This document shows positions 16,417 to 30,882 of a stretch of DNA of 64,000 bases, piece by piece. Source of the stretch: the human T2T-CHM13v2.0 reference genome, Homo sapiens; NCBI RefSeq assembly GCF_009914755.1, contig NC_060927.1. The stretch is one strand, 5' to 3'. Within the stretch, counting starts at the first letter, position 1. Each line of letters starts with the position of its first letter. Both the position numbers and the translations under genes were made by a program. The notes below the pieces were generated by a model that was not told where the DNA came from, made no database searches, and saw nothing but the letters and a program-made list of their open reading frames with translations.

Positions 16417-16696
16417 GAGACAGGGTCTCACTCTGTTGCTCAAGCTGAGTGCAGTGACGCAACCATGGCTCACTGCAGCCTTGACCTCCCAGGCTCAAGC
16501 AATTCTCCTGCCTCAGTCTCCCGAGTAGCTGAGACTACAGGCACATGCCACTGCGTCCAGCTAATTTTTGAGTTTTTGTGGAAATGAGGTCTCACTATGT
16601 TGGCCAGGCTGGTCTCAAACTCCTGGACTCAAGCAATCTTTCCGCCTTGGCCTCCCAAAGTGTTGGGATTACAGGTGTGAGCCACCGCACCCAGCT
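16417..16696 (-). mobile_element. AluJ body; its tail is the adjacent pyrimidine tract
   Basis: gagacagggtctcactctgttgc...cctggactcaagc...gagccaccgcacccagct; TSD aac(t/a)gggttcttt at 16094-16106 and 16697-16709. Confidence 0.92.
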
Positions 16697-17289
16697 AACA
16701 GGGTTCTTTGAAGACAATGTTTGCTCATTCTGTTCTATTTGTTTTTCTTCACAGATAAATGAGTACCTGGCTCCCAAAAAAGCAGAAGAGGGGACCCTAT
16801 GTTTGAACACTGCCACTCAAGTTCTTTCTTCCTTGGTCAGTGAACAAGTCATGTAGATCCTAGTTTATGTTGAGAGATTGTCACCAGAGATGGTATGGGA
16901 CCACCATTCCTTGAAGCACAGTGCTACCCTGTGGGGAAGAATAAGATAGCCCCATCTTTCCACCTCACAACTAAGATCAGCATCTTGTACATTTCTTTAA
17001 TCCTTAGGGGTTTTAAAGACCTTGCCCCAGAGAAGATGCTTCAAGATAATGCTTCTCTGTGAGTTAGGTAGGAAACAATGTACCCGTTTTATAGGAAGGT
17101 AAGTTGACCTGCTCAGCATCATACAACTAGTGAGTGGAGGTGAGTCAATGAGCAATCTTTGGAGCTTTCCTTCTTCACTGTTGCCTTTGAAATCTAGAAT
17201 CCCCCAATATTTCCTGATGGGGAAAATGGCAATTGTATCTTGATGGGAAAGCAAATGGGCAGAGTGCTGCCTTTACGTGCAGATTAGCT

Positions 17290-17460
17290 GAGTGTGTGTC
17301 CTGGCCCAACCACTTATCAGCTCTGTGACTTGGTTTCCCCATCTGCAAAGTGGGCATAATGATGGTACTGCCTCTTCAAGTTTTTGTGGGGACTATAATA
17401 AAACAAAGGCACAACACTGTGCCTAGTATACCATTTCTTGAAGAAGTGTTAGCTGTGTTA
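17290..17460 (+). mobile_element. MIR SINE; further minus-strand MIR pieces at about 17040-17165 and 17640-17770
   Basis: ccacttatcagctctgtgacttggtttccccatctgcaaagtgggcataat. Confidence 0.6.
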
Positions 17461-18519
17461 ATGTTCTACTGAACAATGCATCTTCTCTACTCAACTGTAG
17501 GCTCTGCAAAAGCGAATCCTGCCAATTGCCTGTGCATCCTCAAAGGCCTTGTCATAGATCAAGTACTTAACGTACTATGTGTGAATGCACTGGAATAATC
17601 TCAGACAATCAAAACTACAAGGGCTTAGAGGTCTGTTAGCTTCTCTCTTTTACTTTACAGATGGGGGAACTGAACCTGTGAGAGAGAAGCAAAATGAGCT
17701 GCCCAAGGTTTCTCAGTGCATTGGGACCAGAGCTGGGCTAGAACTCTTGGGTCCATTCTCAGACCCTGAACCTTCTACTGCCTGCCAGGGCTCCCCTGGG
17801 GAGGTGGGTTGCCTTGCTTTGTTTAAACTTTTAACATTACACTTTAAGGTGGCCTTTGCATCAGACATCTCAGCGAGCATTAGACCCCCAAACCAGGAAG
17901 ACTGACAACAGAAACTCTGCCTGGCTTTGTGATCCACATACCTCCTTCCTACCCCAGCACCCTAAGTGGCTTCATCACACCCAAGGTGGCCCAGAGCCAC
18001 CTTTCTGGTTGGCTTCTGAGCTGTGTTTGTAATTCTAGGAGTGCTGGGCCATGAGAAAGAGGAAATAAGCCAGCTGCAAGATAATCAGTTAATTGTAGTT
18101 TCTGGGGCGTAAGAACAGCCTTGGATTTAGACCTTCTGAGTTGCCATTCTTGTGGGTTTTCACTGTTTTCTGGGATGACCACCTCTCTATCTGATCTAAA
18201 GTTACAGTCTTTTTGCCCAATTCCATTCCCAGGCTGTGTCAAAGATCATTTGAATGAAGATTTTTTGGTTGTGCCCAACGGGGTCATGTCTCAGTGGCTA
18301 TATCAGGGCAGAGATAAGAGAATGGGGTTGGGTTGTTGTATGCATATTAAAAAAAATAATAATGTCATCTAAACACTAGTGTTGTGGGGTTCTGGCTCCC
18401 CCACCTTGTCAACTTAGCAACTGCACGTGGGGAGCTGGCCCAGAGGAACAGATTCCAACTTTCCTGGCTGCAGTTTGTCCTCACTGAGGTCTCCCCTCCA
18501 TGCACAGGGCTTCCACATG

Positions 18520-18810
18520 GCTCACCCCCCACTTGGCTGGAAAACTCTAGTGCTTTCCCGGGCAGGGTATCTGTGGAACACCCTATTCAAAATCAGCTCC
18601 CCAAATCCCTCATAGAGCATCATCTTTGGTTTTTCCCATAGTATTTATTATCGTGCAACATGCCCTACATTTGATGTCTTTATTTTGTTTCTTGTTTCTT
18701 CACTGGAATAGTTGGGGCAGGGAATTGTCTGTTTTGTTCACTGTTGTGTCTCCGGTGTCCAGATAGTATCTGGAACGTAGTACATGCTCAACAAATATTT
18801 GCTGGATAAA
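18520..18810 (+). mobile_element. L2 LINE 3' end
   Basis: gtctgttttgttcactgttgtgtc...gtagtacatgctcaacaaatatttgctgga. Confidence 0.65.
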
Positions 18811-19039
18811 CTGCCTACTTCTTTCCATGCCCACCTAAGTTTTGAAAATCTCTCTCTGCCTCTTGTTGTCTCTGTTTACTGATCACTTGCACTTCCTGTA
18901 GTAGGATTCTGCCCCAAATCTATGAGTGGCATGTTTTCAGAATGTAGCCTGAAAAATTTAACACGAACAGTTGACATTTATTTAAATATTTACGAATGTC
19001 AAGTCCACTGTAGGAGACGGCCATTTCTTAATGCTCTAA

Positions 19040-19490
19040 AATCTTAAAACTACCCACAAGTCTAATAATTCAACTCTTGGGCATTAATCCTAAAGAAAAT
19101 AACATAAAAAATAAAAGACCTATGTACTAAGACGTTCATCACAGTGTGATTATAAAAGTGAAAAGCTAGAAACAAATCAAAATCCCCAAAACAGAATGGT
19201 AAAATTAATGACTGCAAAATGATGGAAATCATAAACCAAGAAATATGTTTTCGAAGGCTTTTAAGGACATGGGAAAATGCACAAAATATTAAATGTTTAA
19301 AAGGCTAAACAAACTTTATTATGTAGTATGTCATGTCTTTGTTCAAATATATATGTAGACAATGGAATGTAGGAAACTATAAATCTTAGTGACAGTTATT
19401 TCTGAGTAGTGGGATTATGGGTAACTTTAGTTTTTTATTTACATTTTTTGAAGTTTCTATTATGAGCAAATATTATTTCTATGATAAAAG
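19040..19490 (+). mobile_element. Ancient L1M 3' fragment
   Basis: ataattcaactcttgggcattaatcctaaagaaa...aagacgttcatcacagtg resembles the L1 ORF2 end. Confidence 0.55.
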
Positions 19491-20544
19491 ATGTATCTCT
19501 ATGCTTTCAACTATGGAAAAGCTCATTTACATAGAAAGAATGCTACAAAATCAAATCCTTATTACCTTTTAATCTAGTGCATTATTAAGGGGTAACATTG
19601 AAAAAAAACAATAAACAAGGGAGATTCTGGAACTTTTAGTGTGTTGCAGAGAATCAAAAGAAGAAAGTGACATCTTCCCCAAAAGAATATAAAGTTGAGA
19701 AAGATTAAAGGCAAACTACTGGAAATTTTAAATTCCAAGTCTGATAAATGTCTTCCTGTAATCATGAGAGGAGAGGGTGAAAAATCCTTTTCCTTAATTT
19801 TCAGGAAAAAAATCCTGATACTATTATTTGAAAAAGCTGAAAAAGAAGAAGTTCTGAAGCCAGGAAAGGACAGACCTGGTGTGCACCACAATGGTGATCA
19901 ATGACAAAATCAATATCACTTTAACACAGCTTTTCAAGGGGCAGTATGAAGCAAAAAGGAAGTGAAAAGGGGCTTTTCTTTCATTTTGAAATCCAGCATC
20001 AGGAGGACACAAGGGCAGGAAGTGGGATCTTTTTTCAATGTATTTGAAATGATAAGGTGAAGACAGGCTGAAAGGACTTTTAATTATATGATGAGAGGAA
20101 GGAACGGAGGGAGAGAGAGAAAGGGACCAGGAAAAACCTGGTTTTATATGTTAAATGATGAAAAAGAAAATGTAAAACTAAAGAGAAAAAGGCTTTCCAA
20201 CAGATACCTTGAGAATGAAACACAAAGGCTGCAGGAGGTAAGTGCCAACATTTCTTGCAAGAAAACCAAAATGACAGCACACTTGATTGAGCCTGCAGCC
20301 TTCTCCCCTAGTGGCAACCGGTGATGTCTGGTGATGCAGGAAGAGATAAGTCGCCCTTCCCAGCCTGCACATGGTGGCCTCAGGTCATGGCGGGAGCCAG
20401 CAGGGGCCAGGCGAGAAGGGTCAGGAGGGGTGGGGAGTGGTTGCTCAGGGTCACAGAATAAAGCCTTCTTTATTCTGCTTTTTAGCCTCAAGTTTACAGG
20501 GGCTAAGACCTAACTGAAGTATTGCACCAATTCAGGGATAGCTC

Positions 20545-20770
20545 CTGGGAAGAGCATGGAAAAGCTTCAATGTGAGTCCCAGTTGGGCTCTGGTTCCACC
20601 CCTTACCAGCTGTGGCATCTCTGCATAGTTCCTGAACCCAAGTTTCCTCATCTGTAAAACAGAATTATTAACATCTGGTTTTTAGGGTTGTCATGAGGAT
20701 TAAATGAGATAATATATTTAAAATCCCTAGCCCAATGCCAAGTATACAATAAGAGCTCAAAAACTGTTGG
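20545..20770 (+). mobile_element. MIR SINE
   Basis: agtttcctcatctgtaaaac...gggttgtcatgaggattaaatgagataat. Confidence 0.8.
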
Positions 20771-23700
20771 TTCCTCACATTCTAAAATGTGAATAGAAAA
20801 ACAATGATGAAAAGCAAGGTCTCTGCACACATTATACCCACTCCTAAGCCTCACTGAAGCAATGTCAGTCTAATAACTCCCAAAATCCACACAGTCTAAC
20901 AGCTGGATTCCTCCCCACAAAGCCTAATGGCTCCCTGGTGGCCAACATCTTGGGAAGTTTCTCCTGTACACACTCTACTTTGGTGGTGGATCTGAATGTT
21001 CTCTGAGGCGGTAATGAACAGGTTAAAGTTGAAGGGATTTCAAACATGTCTAATCCAATAAGAGGCTTGGTAAAACATGCGTTATCACTTAAAGAATAAA
21101 TGTTTAAAAATAGAGCACAGATGTGAAATTTGAATAAAAAGAGAGAGAGAGCACAGTGAGAGATCTTCTTGGCATTTGCATGCTATTCCCTGTTTTGGTC
21201 ACCTTCAGCTAAGCCTGTTATTCTGATATGCTCTGCCAACTGCTCAGTGCTGTGGGGTGCTTCAAGTTACTGAAGCAAAGTTGGCAAATCACTCTGAAAT
21301 TTAAAAATCAGAGCCACCTCCCCCTTTATGCATTTCTAAAAGCCAGGGAACACAATGGTAAAGTTGATCTTTTCAAGTTTTTCTAAACTAATACTTAAAA
21401 AGCAAAGAGTGAGTTTCTCCACTCCTCCTAAAACTAGCAATACTTGTACTGGGATCCTTAAAACCCTAAGAGAAAGTATCATGGTTAAATAGGCATTTGT
21501 CACAAAAGGTGGGCTACAGATTGCCAATCACAGAATTCATGGGAATTTCTACTTATGTAGAAAGCATTCTCTGATTCCTCCAGCAGGCAAAGGTTTTTGA
21601 ACTTCAGTAACATCTCTGCAACAAAAAAAAATAGCACTGTGTCCTATTTTATCTTTCATGAGCTAGTATCTATGATACTGCTAGTAGAGATGATAAAACT
21701 CCAAGGCTTAAGGACAAAATCAACACCTCCTATAGCCAAAGAGTGCCCATAAGTGCTCCATGCATGTTTAGGGAGATGAACTAAAATATGTTTAAAACAG
21801 AGCTTTCACCCAAGGAAGACACTCAAGTGAGAGACTCACACAGTTGGCCATCAGGTCAGCCTGATGCTCTGGGAAGATGCCCTTCTGATAGGGATTTGAA
21901 AAATGCATGAAATCAGAGAAAATACTTTGCCTCCATATTCACTGAGTGCTATTTTTTGTTGCAAGGGCAAACTGAGTGGATTCCCTGAGTACTGGGGTTG
22001 AGGCACCAGCTGCCTAGGATAAAGAATGTTTCCAGGCTAAGAGAGCAGATGAGTGTCTTACCCAATTGCTTGGACATTAAGAGGAAATTGTTTACAGTAA
22101 CACTGAGCAGTTCAGGCTTTACCTCCATAAGAATAACCTGCCAGATCTGAGTATTTCTTTTTTTATTAAAAGGGGTTCTCTAGAATAGACTGTAAAGACA
22201 CTTTGCACTGAAGTCAAAAATAAATAGAGATGTGGCTAGATTCTACCAGTGGGACACAAACAGCTTAACCCAAAGTGGGTCTGCTGTAAAAACCAATACA
22301 TTTGCATTTTAGCAATTTGATCTGGACCAAGTCTGTGATGCATTACAATGCTGGGATCAAATCAAGCTTTTCTGGAGGTAATCCAAACACAACAGGAGGC
22401 TATGGGAACCCTACTGCATGGGGTTCCTCTACTGCTGTTTAACTGTGCTAACCTCCTGAACCATAAAGGGTAATTAAAAGTCATCTGCACATGAAGCACT
22501 GAAAGTGTAAATGGGAAGCACAACCGTGGCTTCTAGCAGAGGGGAGAAGAAATGTCTGGCTAAACACTCCACTCAGGTGCTTCTTACTTTCCTGGACAGG
22601 ACGGGTCTACCTCTGCTGAGATCCAATTTTGACTAGGATTCCATCCTTGTAGGTGGCTCTCCTGAACACATTCCAGGGCAGCCTCTGCCTTCTCCCATTT
22701 TTTACCACATCTGCGACTAATCCTTGTAGACTAATCCTTGTAGACAGTCCTATGATTTTCGGACAACACAGGGCAGAGAGGCTCTACCTAAATAGATTAC
22801 ATTACATGCAACTTGTTATGGCCTCCAGAATGTTTACCTAGACATGGGACTTTTTTTTCTGCAAACCCCATGGGAGGGGGATCACAGAGAACCAGTGGAC
22901 TAGTCTCCTGGTCTTAATGCCTTCCTGCTCTAGCTGACCTATGTGTTTCCTGGTGGCCAAAAGCAATGCCCAGAACTGGTAGGAAAAGGAAAAGAAAACC
23001 AAGTACAATTTATCTCTGATCTCAAAAATAGTCTAACTAGTTCTGAGAAATAAGCTGGTTCTCATTTTAACTAAACAATAATGTCTGGCCCTCATTTTAA
23101 AAAGGCATGTTCATCAAGGATGTGTGTATCACTACTTCAGCACACAGGGGAGCATTTGAGAATACGGCTTACGGGGTAAGATTTAGTTTTAAGCTTTCTT
23201 CAAAAACCCCTTAGTAGCAGGCAAATCCAGTGATTTCAGAATTAATTATTTTGATGTCAGTCCTTTTTTCAAGGGTGAAGAAAAAGAGTTGGGGAGATTG
23301 GCTCCAAGACACCAAAAAAGGAAAGGTGGTAATTTTCTTATATTTTTTAGAACTGGCCTCCATAGAAAAAGAACCAAATCAAAATTTAACTGATTCCCAA
23401 TTGAGGCCCTCTCTCAAAACTGCACAAATCTGCAAGCAAGATTATTTTTAAAAAGAAGCGAAGTAAAAGTATCAGAGGTATGTGCCTGTAAAGAAACAGA
23501 AGTGAAAGGAATACAAAAGTTGGATAGTTTTAGATATCTACTCTACCAAACTAGAATCAATCCTTTATCTTTTTTTAATGCAACAAGTAGCAGAAAGTTA
23601 ATTTGTACTGCTCTTTTACCTTTATACCATGCTCAGCCTAGAACTAACCCAAATGTCAACACCTGAAGAGCATCACAAAGATTCTTTTATTGTTAAGCAC

Positions 23701-24209
23701 AATTGGAATTTCTGAACTCATTTCATATCACTTTTAGCTTTATTGACAGATGTTTAACAAGAGTTAAAACATTTCTAGGCAAATTGATTTATGAGATACT
23801 CAGGAGTTTTCAGGGATGAAATGGACGGATTCCCTTCATAACAGCAAGCAATCTCTGCTACTTCTGAGAACTCAGTGACATTTTACTCAAAAAGAGCCCA
23901 AGAAATTGGAGGAGATTTGAACTAGAAGAAGGTAAAAAAATTTGGAATAAAAGTCCAAAATTGCCGCCACCCCAATTAGTACAACCATGGAGAAAGTCAC
24001 TCTGTAAAAGTGTCTTGCAATGTGGCAAGAAAGGGCGTGGTGCCATTTTGTGGTCATCAGTTGACACACAGGCCTCATCTTCTCTATCAAGCCCTACAGA
24101 CTGGTGGTGGCTGCCTAGAATATTGGGGTGAGAATTATGAGGCTAAGTCTTACCTACAGGGAACAAGGATCATGATTGATCAATGATGTTTCTTTTCTCG
24201 CCATCATGA

Positions 24210-24760
24210 TTTATTCATTCATTCATACATTCAACAAATATTTGCTGAATGCCTACTAGCATTCAGCAAATGTGCTAGCAATTGTGTTAGCAAAAGATAA
24301 CACAATTATCTCTTAGAGATCAATGATGAGCAAAAACTCATGTTACCGTATTCTCAGTCCTTATGGAGCTCAAAAACTAGCAAGGCAGATAGCTATTATT
24401 AAAATCATCACAAAACAAATGGAAAATTATATCTGTTACAAGTGCTATAAAATGGATAATACATGTGCTCAAAAATGTCAGCTTGGCAGATTTGACCCAA
24501 TTGAGCAAGTCCCAGAAGGCTTCCCTGGAGAAGTGATGTTGGACTGAGATTGAATGGATGAGTAGGCATTAACTAGGTAAAGAAAAGAGGGAAAAACATT
24601 CCAGGCAAAGGGAAGGGTACATGCAAGATACAGAGCACATTGGTTTGAGTTTGTATTTATCCTAACCCCTAGAGGAGCCTGGGAAGGGTTTTCAGCAGTA
24701 AGGACTGGGGGGTGATGAGTGTAACCTGAGATTTATCTTTAGAAAGGATTATGTTTCTGC
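24210..24760 (-). mobile_element. L2 LINE fragment
   Basis: ttcattcattcatacattcaacaaatatttgctgaatgcc...gaaggcttccctggagaagtgatg. Confidence 0.65.
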
Positions 24761-25319
24761 CCACTGAAGTTTGAAAACAGCTGGCCTGGCCTGGAGGCCA
24801 GATGTACTTCTTCTCCTAGGCACAGGCAACCCCCAGTGCAGGCCAAGAGTTGGGGAATGGCTACTCTTGTCTACCTGCATGCCTCTTGACAGCAAGGAAG
24901 GTCAAGACTTGTACTCTGACGGCGTGTTGTTGAGACTGCCATAAAGTCACGGAGGGTATTTTGTCATCAGCCCTACTCCCACACTACTTAAAAATCTCGT
25001 CAGGTGTGACAGGCAAATTCTGGCATGAGTTCTCTTTTGTGGCCCCAACGGAAGCAGCAGTGTTTCCTAAAAAGGCAAGCCAAGCACCTTGAGACTCCAT
25101 GGAGGCTGGAGCTAGGGGATGTGGAGAGTGAGCTCACTAGGGTAGCCTTAAACAGGCCAGTCCATAGTAGTGACGAGGGGAGCCCTCCCTGTTCTGAGGC
25201 TGCAGAGCTAGTGTATTCTGCTTCCTAACTGCACAGAAGTTCTGCCTCAGAATACACCACTCTTAGCAGATCCTGCACAGGAGTCCTACAGTCTATTCCA
25301 CCCATTCCCACTCTGACAA

Positions 25320-26093
<774 letters not shown>

Positions 26094-26708
26094 TTCCAAT
26101 GTGGCAAACATAGCACTTGGTCTCACCAAGCTGCACACTCCTATTAATTCCCATCACCCTGGACAGGTTGGGAGTCACAAGCTGAACCACTGGAACTGGG
26201 TTTCTCTGATGACAGCTGTGAGGTATGGGGGCTGATCATGGCTCACAACATTGCTTTAGGGAGTCAGTGTTCAGCCTAGCCACAAGCAAGGTCTTAGCAC
26301 TCCTGCAGCACCAGGGCCAACGCTGCACCAGCTATGAGTGGTTTGATGGTGATTAAGTCATATAGTCTCTTGGACTTTGGTTTAATCAACTCAAAAATAA
26401 GGGTGATGCTTTCCTTATTGGGCCAGACAAAATATCTGTTATAGATGATTCCCCAGCACTGCCAGAGAGTCTGGCAGAGTAGGTAGGCAATAAGTTGGTT
26501 GATTATAAGGAAAAAATGAGATGATGTTTGTAAACTTAGGTTACCATAAAGCATTTGGCATAGAGCCTGGAAAGTGGTAATCATGCATTCATTCATACAA
26601 CAAATATTTACTGAGCACCTACTATGTGCCTGGCAATAACTCAGTCACTTGTGGTGGTCTGGGAAGGGGAGAGATTTTCTGTATACGTTGAGCTCAAAAG
26701 GCTACCTG

Positions 26709-26975
26709 GGCTAGGCAGTGTGGCTCACACCCGTAATCCCAGCACTTTGGGAGGCCGAGGTGGGAAGACTGCTTGAGCCCAGGAGTTTGAGACCTGCCTA
26801 GGCAATGTAGTGAAACCCCATTTCTACAAAAAAATACAAAAATGAGCTAGGAAAGGTGGGGCATGCCTGCTGAGGTGGGAGGATCACTTGAGTTCAGGAG
26901 GTAGTGGCCGAAGTGAGCTGTGATTATACCACTGTACTCTAGCCTGGGTGACAGTGAGACCATGTCTTGAAAAAA
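26709..26975 (+). mobile_element. AluJ with an internal deletion of about 20 nt
   Basis: ggctaggcagtgtggctcacac...gcatgcctg|ctgaggtggga, lacking tagtcccagctact. Confidence 0.9.
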
Positions 26976-27529
26976 GAAGGCAGTCTGAAGAGGGTGGCAT
27001 CTCTCATGAGCCAGTCTGCCTCAACATCTGCACAGAAGACTGAGCAGGTCAGAAGGGTGGCCTTCCCCTTTCATTGGCCTGGTCCCTGAAAGAGCTCTGC
27101 TCTTCCAAGTCAGCCATGCAGGTCAAGACAATTGAGATCTGGGACTCACCCTTCCAGGACTGCCCTCCTTCACTGATATCTATGTGTGCTGCATATACAA
27201 ACCAAGTACATGCGCAAGTACAGGCGCTATGGGCCTCTTCAGTGCAGGCTGGGACCTGGGGTCCAGGGTTTCTGACATGTCTGCTCACTGCTCCACAAGT
27301 GCTTTGGCTTTAGGAGAGGAGGACCAGGAAGCTTAGGTGTCAACATCTATCTGCTCTTTCTGCCACAGTTGCCACAGCTCAACAATGTGTTCTCAACATG
27401 TGCCCAGCTGTTTGCAAAGCAGTAATGATGAAATCAAAATTAAACTACCTCTGAGGGTTGGCAGTGATAATGTCAATTAGTAGTAGTAGCAATAATAGTA
27501 ACATTAATAGTAATAGTAGTTGCAATAGC

Positions 27530-28360
27530 AGCTTACACATATGAAGCACCTATTATGTGCCAGGCATATGCAAAGCACTTGGTTTACCTTTCACCTCACA
27601 ATAACTCTTTGAATTGTTAGCCCAATTTACAGATGAGGAAACTGAGGTTGAAGAAGGTTTAGTATCTTGCCTGTAATCACTCAGATAATAAATGTTAGAA
27701 ACAGGATTCACCTTAAACAGCTTAACTTTGGATGTCATCTTTTATGATCATTTGGCAAAGGGTCTCCTTAAGCATTATGGTATATCCAACTGTGAGGCTG
27801 AGCAAGATAACCAACCTCTATGGGCCTCTGGCTTCTTCTCTATAAGAGTATCAAACCCTCAGTCTTGTTGGGAGGTGATGAGTTGATGTATGTAAAGCCC
27901 TTATACCCATGCCTAGTACATGATGAGAGCTCAAAAGTATTAGTAATTGTTGTTGATGTGATCAAATAACCTAAGCCTAAGGACTCCAGGCAGAACCCAC
28001 TGTTTATGAACAGCTGGAGAACATTCTTAAATGGTTTTTTTGGCATCTACTTTACGTTTATGAAGATAAGGAGGCCTCACAATTTCTGGGAATACCATTC
28101 TGCTTGACACTCTGAATTTCTCCCTGAACCTGATGGGGTATGTGTGGAATCCGGTAGACTATCTAAAGCCTGAACCCCATCACTTACAAGCTGTGAGTCG
28201 TTGGACTGGTTATTCCACACCCTGAGCCTCAGTTATGCTCCCTAGAAAAGGGAGATAATCCTGCACACACTCACATGGTTGCTGTGAGGACTATGGGACA
28301 ACATCTCTGAGGGACACTGGATACAAGACCCAGCATGGAGTAAATGCTCAATAACAGGGG
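27530..28360. mobile_element. Cluster of three MIR fragments (about 27530-27730 minus; 27790-27940 plus; 28140-28360 plus)
   Basis: tttacagatgaggaaactgagg; aacctctatgggcctc; ctgagcctcagtt...gttgctgtgagga...aaatgctcaataa. Confidence 0.65.
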
Positions 28361-29517
28361 GTTATTTTGATAGCACATTAATCATTGTTCTTAGAGTCAT
28401 TATCATTGGCAATAAGGATACTGAAATTCAGGTGATTTTTCCTGCTCTTTGGTGGGTGGGGTGAGGAAGGATATCAGACCTAAATCACGAAGGAGCCCAT
28501 CCTCTTCCTTCACTGCATCCTTCTCCACAACAGCCCTTTGGACACTGCCTTAGCACATACAGGAGCTGAACTCTGCGTAGCTGGGGTTTCCCAAATGTAC
28601 CCCATGACACCAAAAACCAAGCTCGTCGTAAAGAATAAAGGCTTCGTGCAGGTTCCCAGGAACAAACTGAAGGACTATGCTCAATCCTTACTGGAATCAA
28701 GAAGTGAATTTTCATGATGCTGGGAAAGAAAAAAGGTAGCCTTAAAAATTCCTTACTGGGAAAAGTAGATGGGGACATGAGGAGCAAAGTATCTAAGAGA
28801 AAGAAAGGAAAAATTATCCATTCTGCCTGGTAAGAAGGCTTCTGGCAGCCTTTGCTCTGCAGCTCCACCAAGCTAATTCTGCAAGAGCTGACCCTATCAG
28901 GTGGCCAAAGTCTGGAACCATTGGTATATACACAATAAATGAAATGACACTGCAAATCATGATCTAATGCTATCATCTATGGTCTCAGTTTTTATGGCCA
29001 TAGAGTACTGGAAATCATCAAAAGAGGTGAAGGTCAAGGTTGGATGAGCTCTTATGCACCCCCACCCCCAATGACGGGGGCAAGTGTCTCCTTAGCAGCT
29101 GACTGACCTGAGACCTTTGGATCATGTATGCATCGTAGCTGGACCAGTGGTACTTGGCCGTAATATCTGGACTGTGGCCAGCACCACAAGTGCATGGTAT
29201 ATTCGAGCTCAAGGGCTGTTTCTTAGGTCTATAAACCTGTGGGAGAAAGCTACAATGGTTAGGTGCAGGAGAGGAGGGTGCAGGGAAGGAATTAGGGAAA
29301 AGCAAAGAAAGACGCTCATTTTGACTTTCTGTGGCCAAGTAGGTGGAAAATCCAGTGTAAAAGATGCACAGCTCCAAACAAAGAGGTCAGGTGTAAGCAA
29401 TCTCTGACCCCTGAGGCCAGCGTTAGCAAGGCATGCCACTCTGTGGAATGACCCCAGTGTCTGGCAGTGACTGGGACCCTCCCTCTACAAGGAGAGAGTG
29501 TTCAGACACAGTAGTGG

Positions 29518-29571
29518 TCTGTCTCTCTGTCTCTCTTTCTCTCTCTCTCTCTCATTCTCTCTGTCTCTCAT

Positions 29572-29604
<33 letters not shown>

Positions 29605-29645
29605 TTCTCTGTCTCTCTCTCTCTCTCATTCTCTCTGTCTCTCAT

Positions 29646-29699
<54 letters not shown>

Positions 29700-29722
29700 T
29701 CTCTGTCTCTCTCACTGTCTCT
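29518..29722. repeat. Compound (TC)n/(CA)n microsatellite with duplicated modules
   Basis: Read directly: two (CA)n blocks separated by tctctctcattctctctgtctctc modules. Confidence 0.95.
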
Positions 29723-30882
29723 GAACAAGGCAGCCCCATGAGAAATGAACTCTGGTGCAGGGTCAATGTATGCCTTTTCCTTCCTGAGGGGTAAAAGGGT
29801 TAGTCACATTGTAAGTGGAGGGAACTTATTCCTTCAGGCTTCCCTTCCACTCACCTTGCCCATGGTGCTTGGCACAGATCACTCTAGCAGGCAGAGAGCC
29901 TGCCCCAGGGGCTGAGTCAATATGGACACACTCCACATGGTTACTGTGTGGCCATTAGAGAGCTTCAGAGCCACATAAGGCCCTAGGTAAAATGTGGTAG
30001 CCACTCTGCAAGGCCATAAACCATTGAGCTGACTGAGTTTCATAATGAACTCGAATCTTAGTGAATATCTTTAATCATTGCTTACAAGAGTCACCAAGTA
30101 ATATGAGGAGGAGAAATATCATCTGAAAATTTCATGGATGATTTTCCAATATACTTCAGGTGTAATTATTTCCATTTAAGCCACTTCCAGAAAACCTTCC
30201 AGAGAGCAAGGAACTTTCTGCACAAGTTAGAACTATGCCCCTGCTTCCATGTCCCTCAAAACAAATACAGTGGCCTAGAGGGGTGAAAACACAGGATAAC
30301 GGGGCAAACAGGTGATTTTTTAAAAATAGAGTGAAGAATGGCTGGGTGGTCTCTAAGCATAGTCTGGCAGTGCTAGAACCTGGGAGATGCTCCTTGGCTG
30401 AAAGGTATTGGAGGAAATAGTCAAAGAACTAAAGTTGAAAGAATAGGGAATGAAACCTAAAAACCTGGATGAGGGCAATTCTTTACAGGGACCAGAAAAT
30501 GAGCAAGACGGAAGGTAACAGGTCCAACAGGAAAGAATTTTGCCCAGAATTTAAATTATAAGTTTCTAGAATTTAATCAGAAGTCAAACAAAGTCCACTG
30601 GAGGAAAGAAAGTTGAGAGCTATTTCTGGGGAGATGACGCTGACACAAAAGAAAGGAAAACAGCACTGGTTGCAAACCACACAAGCCCAGCCACATGCAC
30701 ATAAACACAGAAAAGCAGTAAAATGGTGTTGCAGCGACAACTGGGTCCATTGCACTCCTACCTGGTTTTAGCAGCTTGAGCCCACAGGATGGACATGGGA
30801 AAATGAAGAGTGGCTAAAATCCAGAGAAAGCCCCCAAAGCCCCAAACCCAGAAAAACACACCTGTCTTGCAGGAGGCCCCAC

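Noticed and set aside
15862-16587. 241-aa and overlapping 146/161-aa ORFs with poly-P/S/F/E/G/R runs
   Set aside because: Stop-free by-products of the pyrimidine tract plus Alu; no evidence of coding.
22715-22742. 14-bp tandem duplication (also a 19-bp pair at 59242-59279)
   Set aside because: Ordinary slippage duplications with no functional cue.
28485-28976. 163-aa minus-strand ORF (also 13603-13965 and 5795-6175)
   Set aside because: No recognisable domain, no clear splice signals, non-ATG or weak starts; consistent with chance ORFs.
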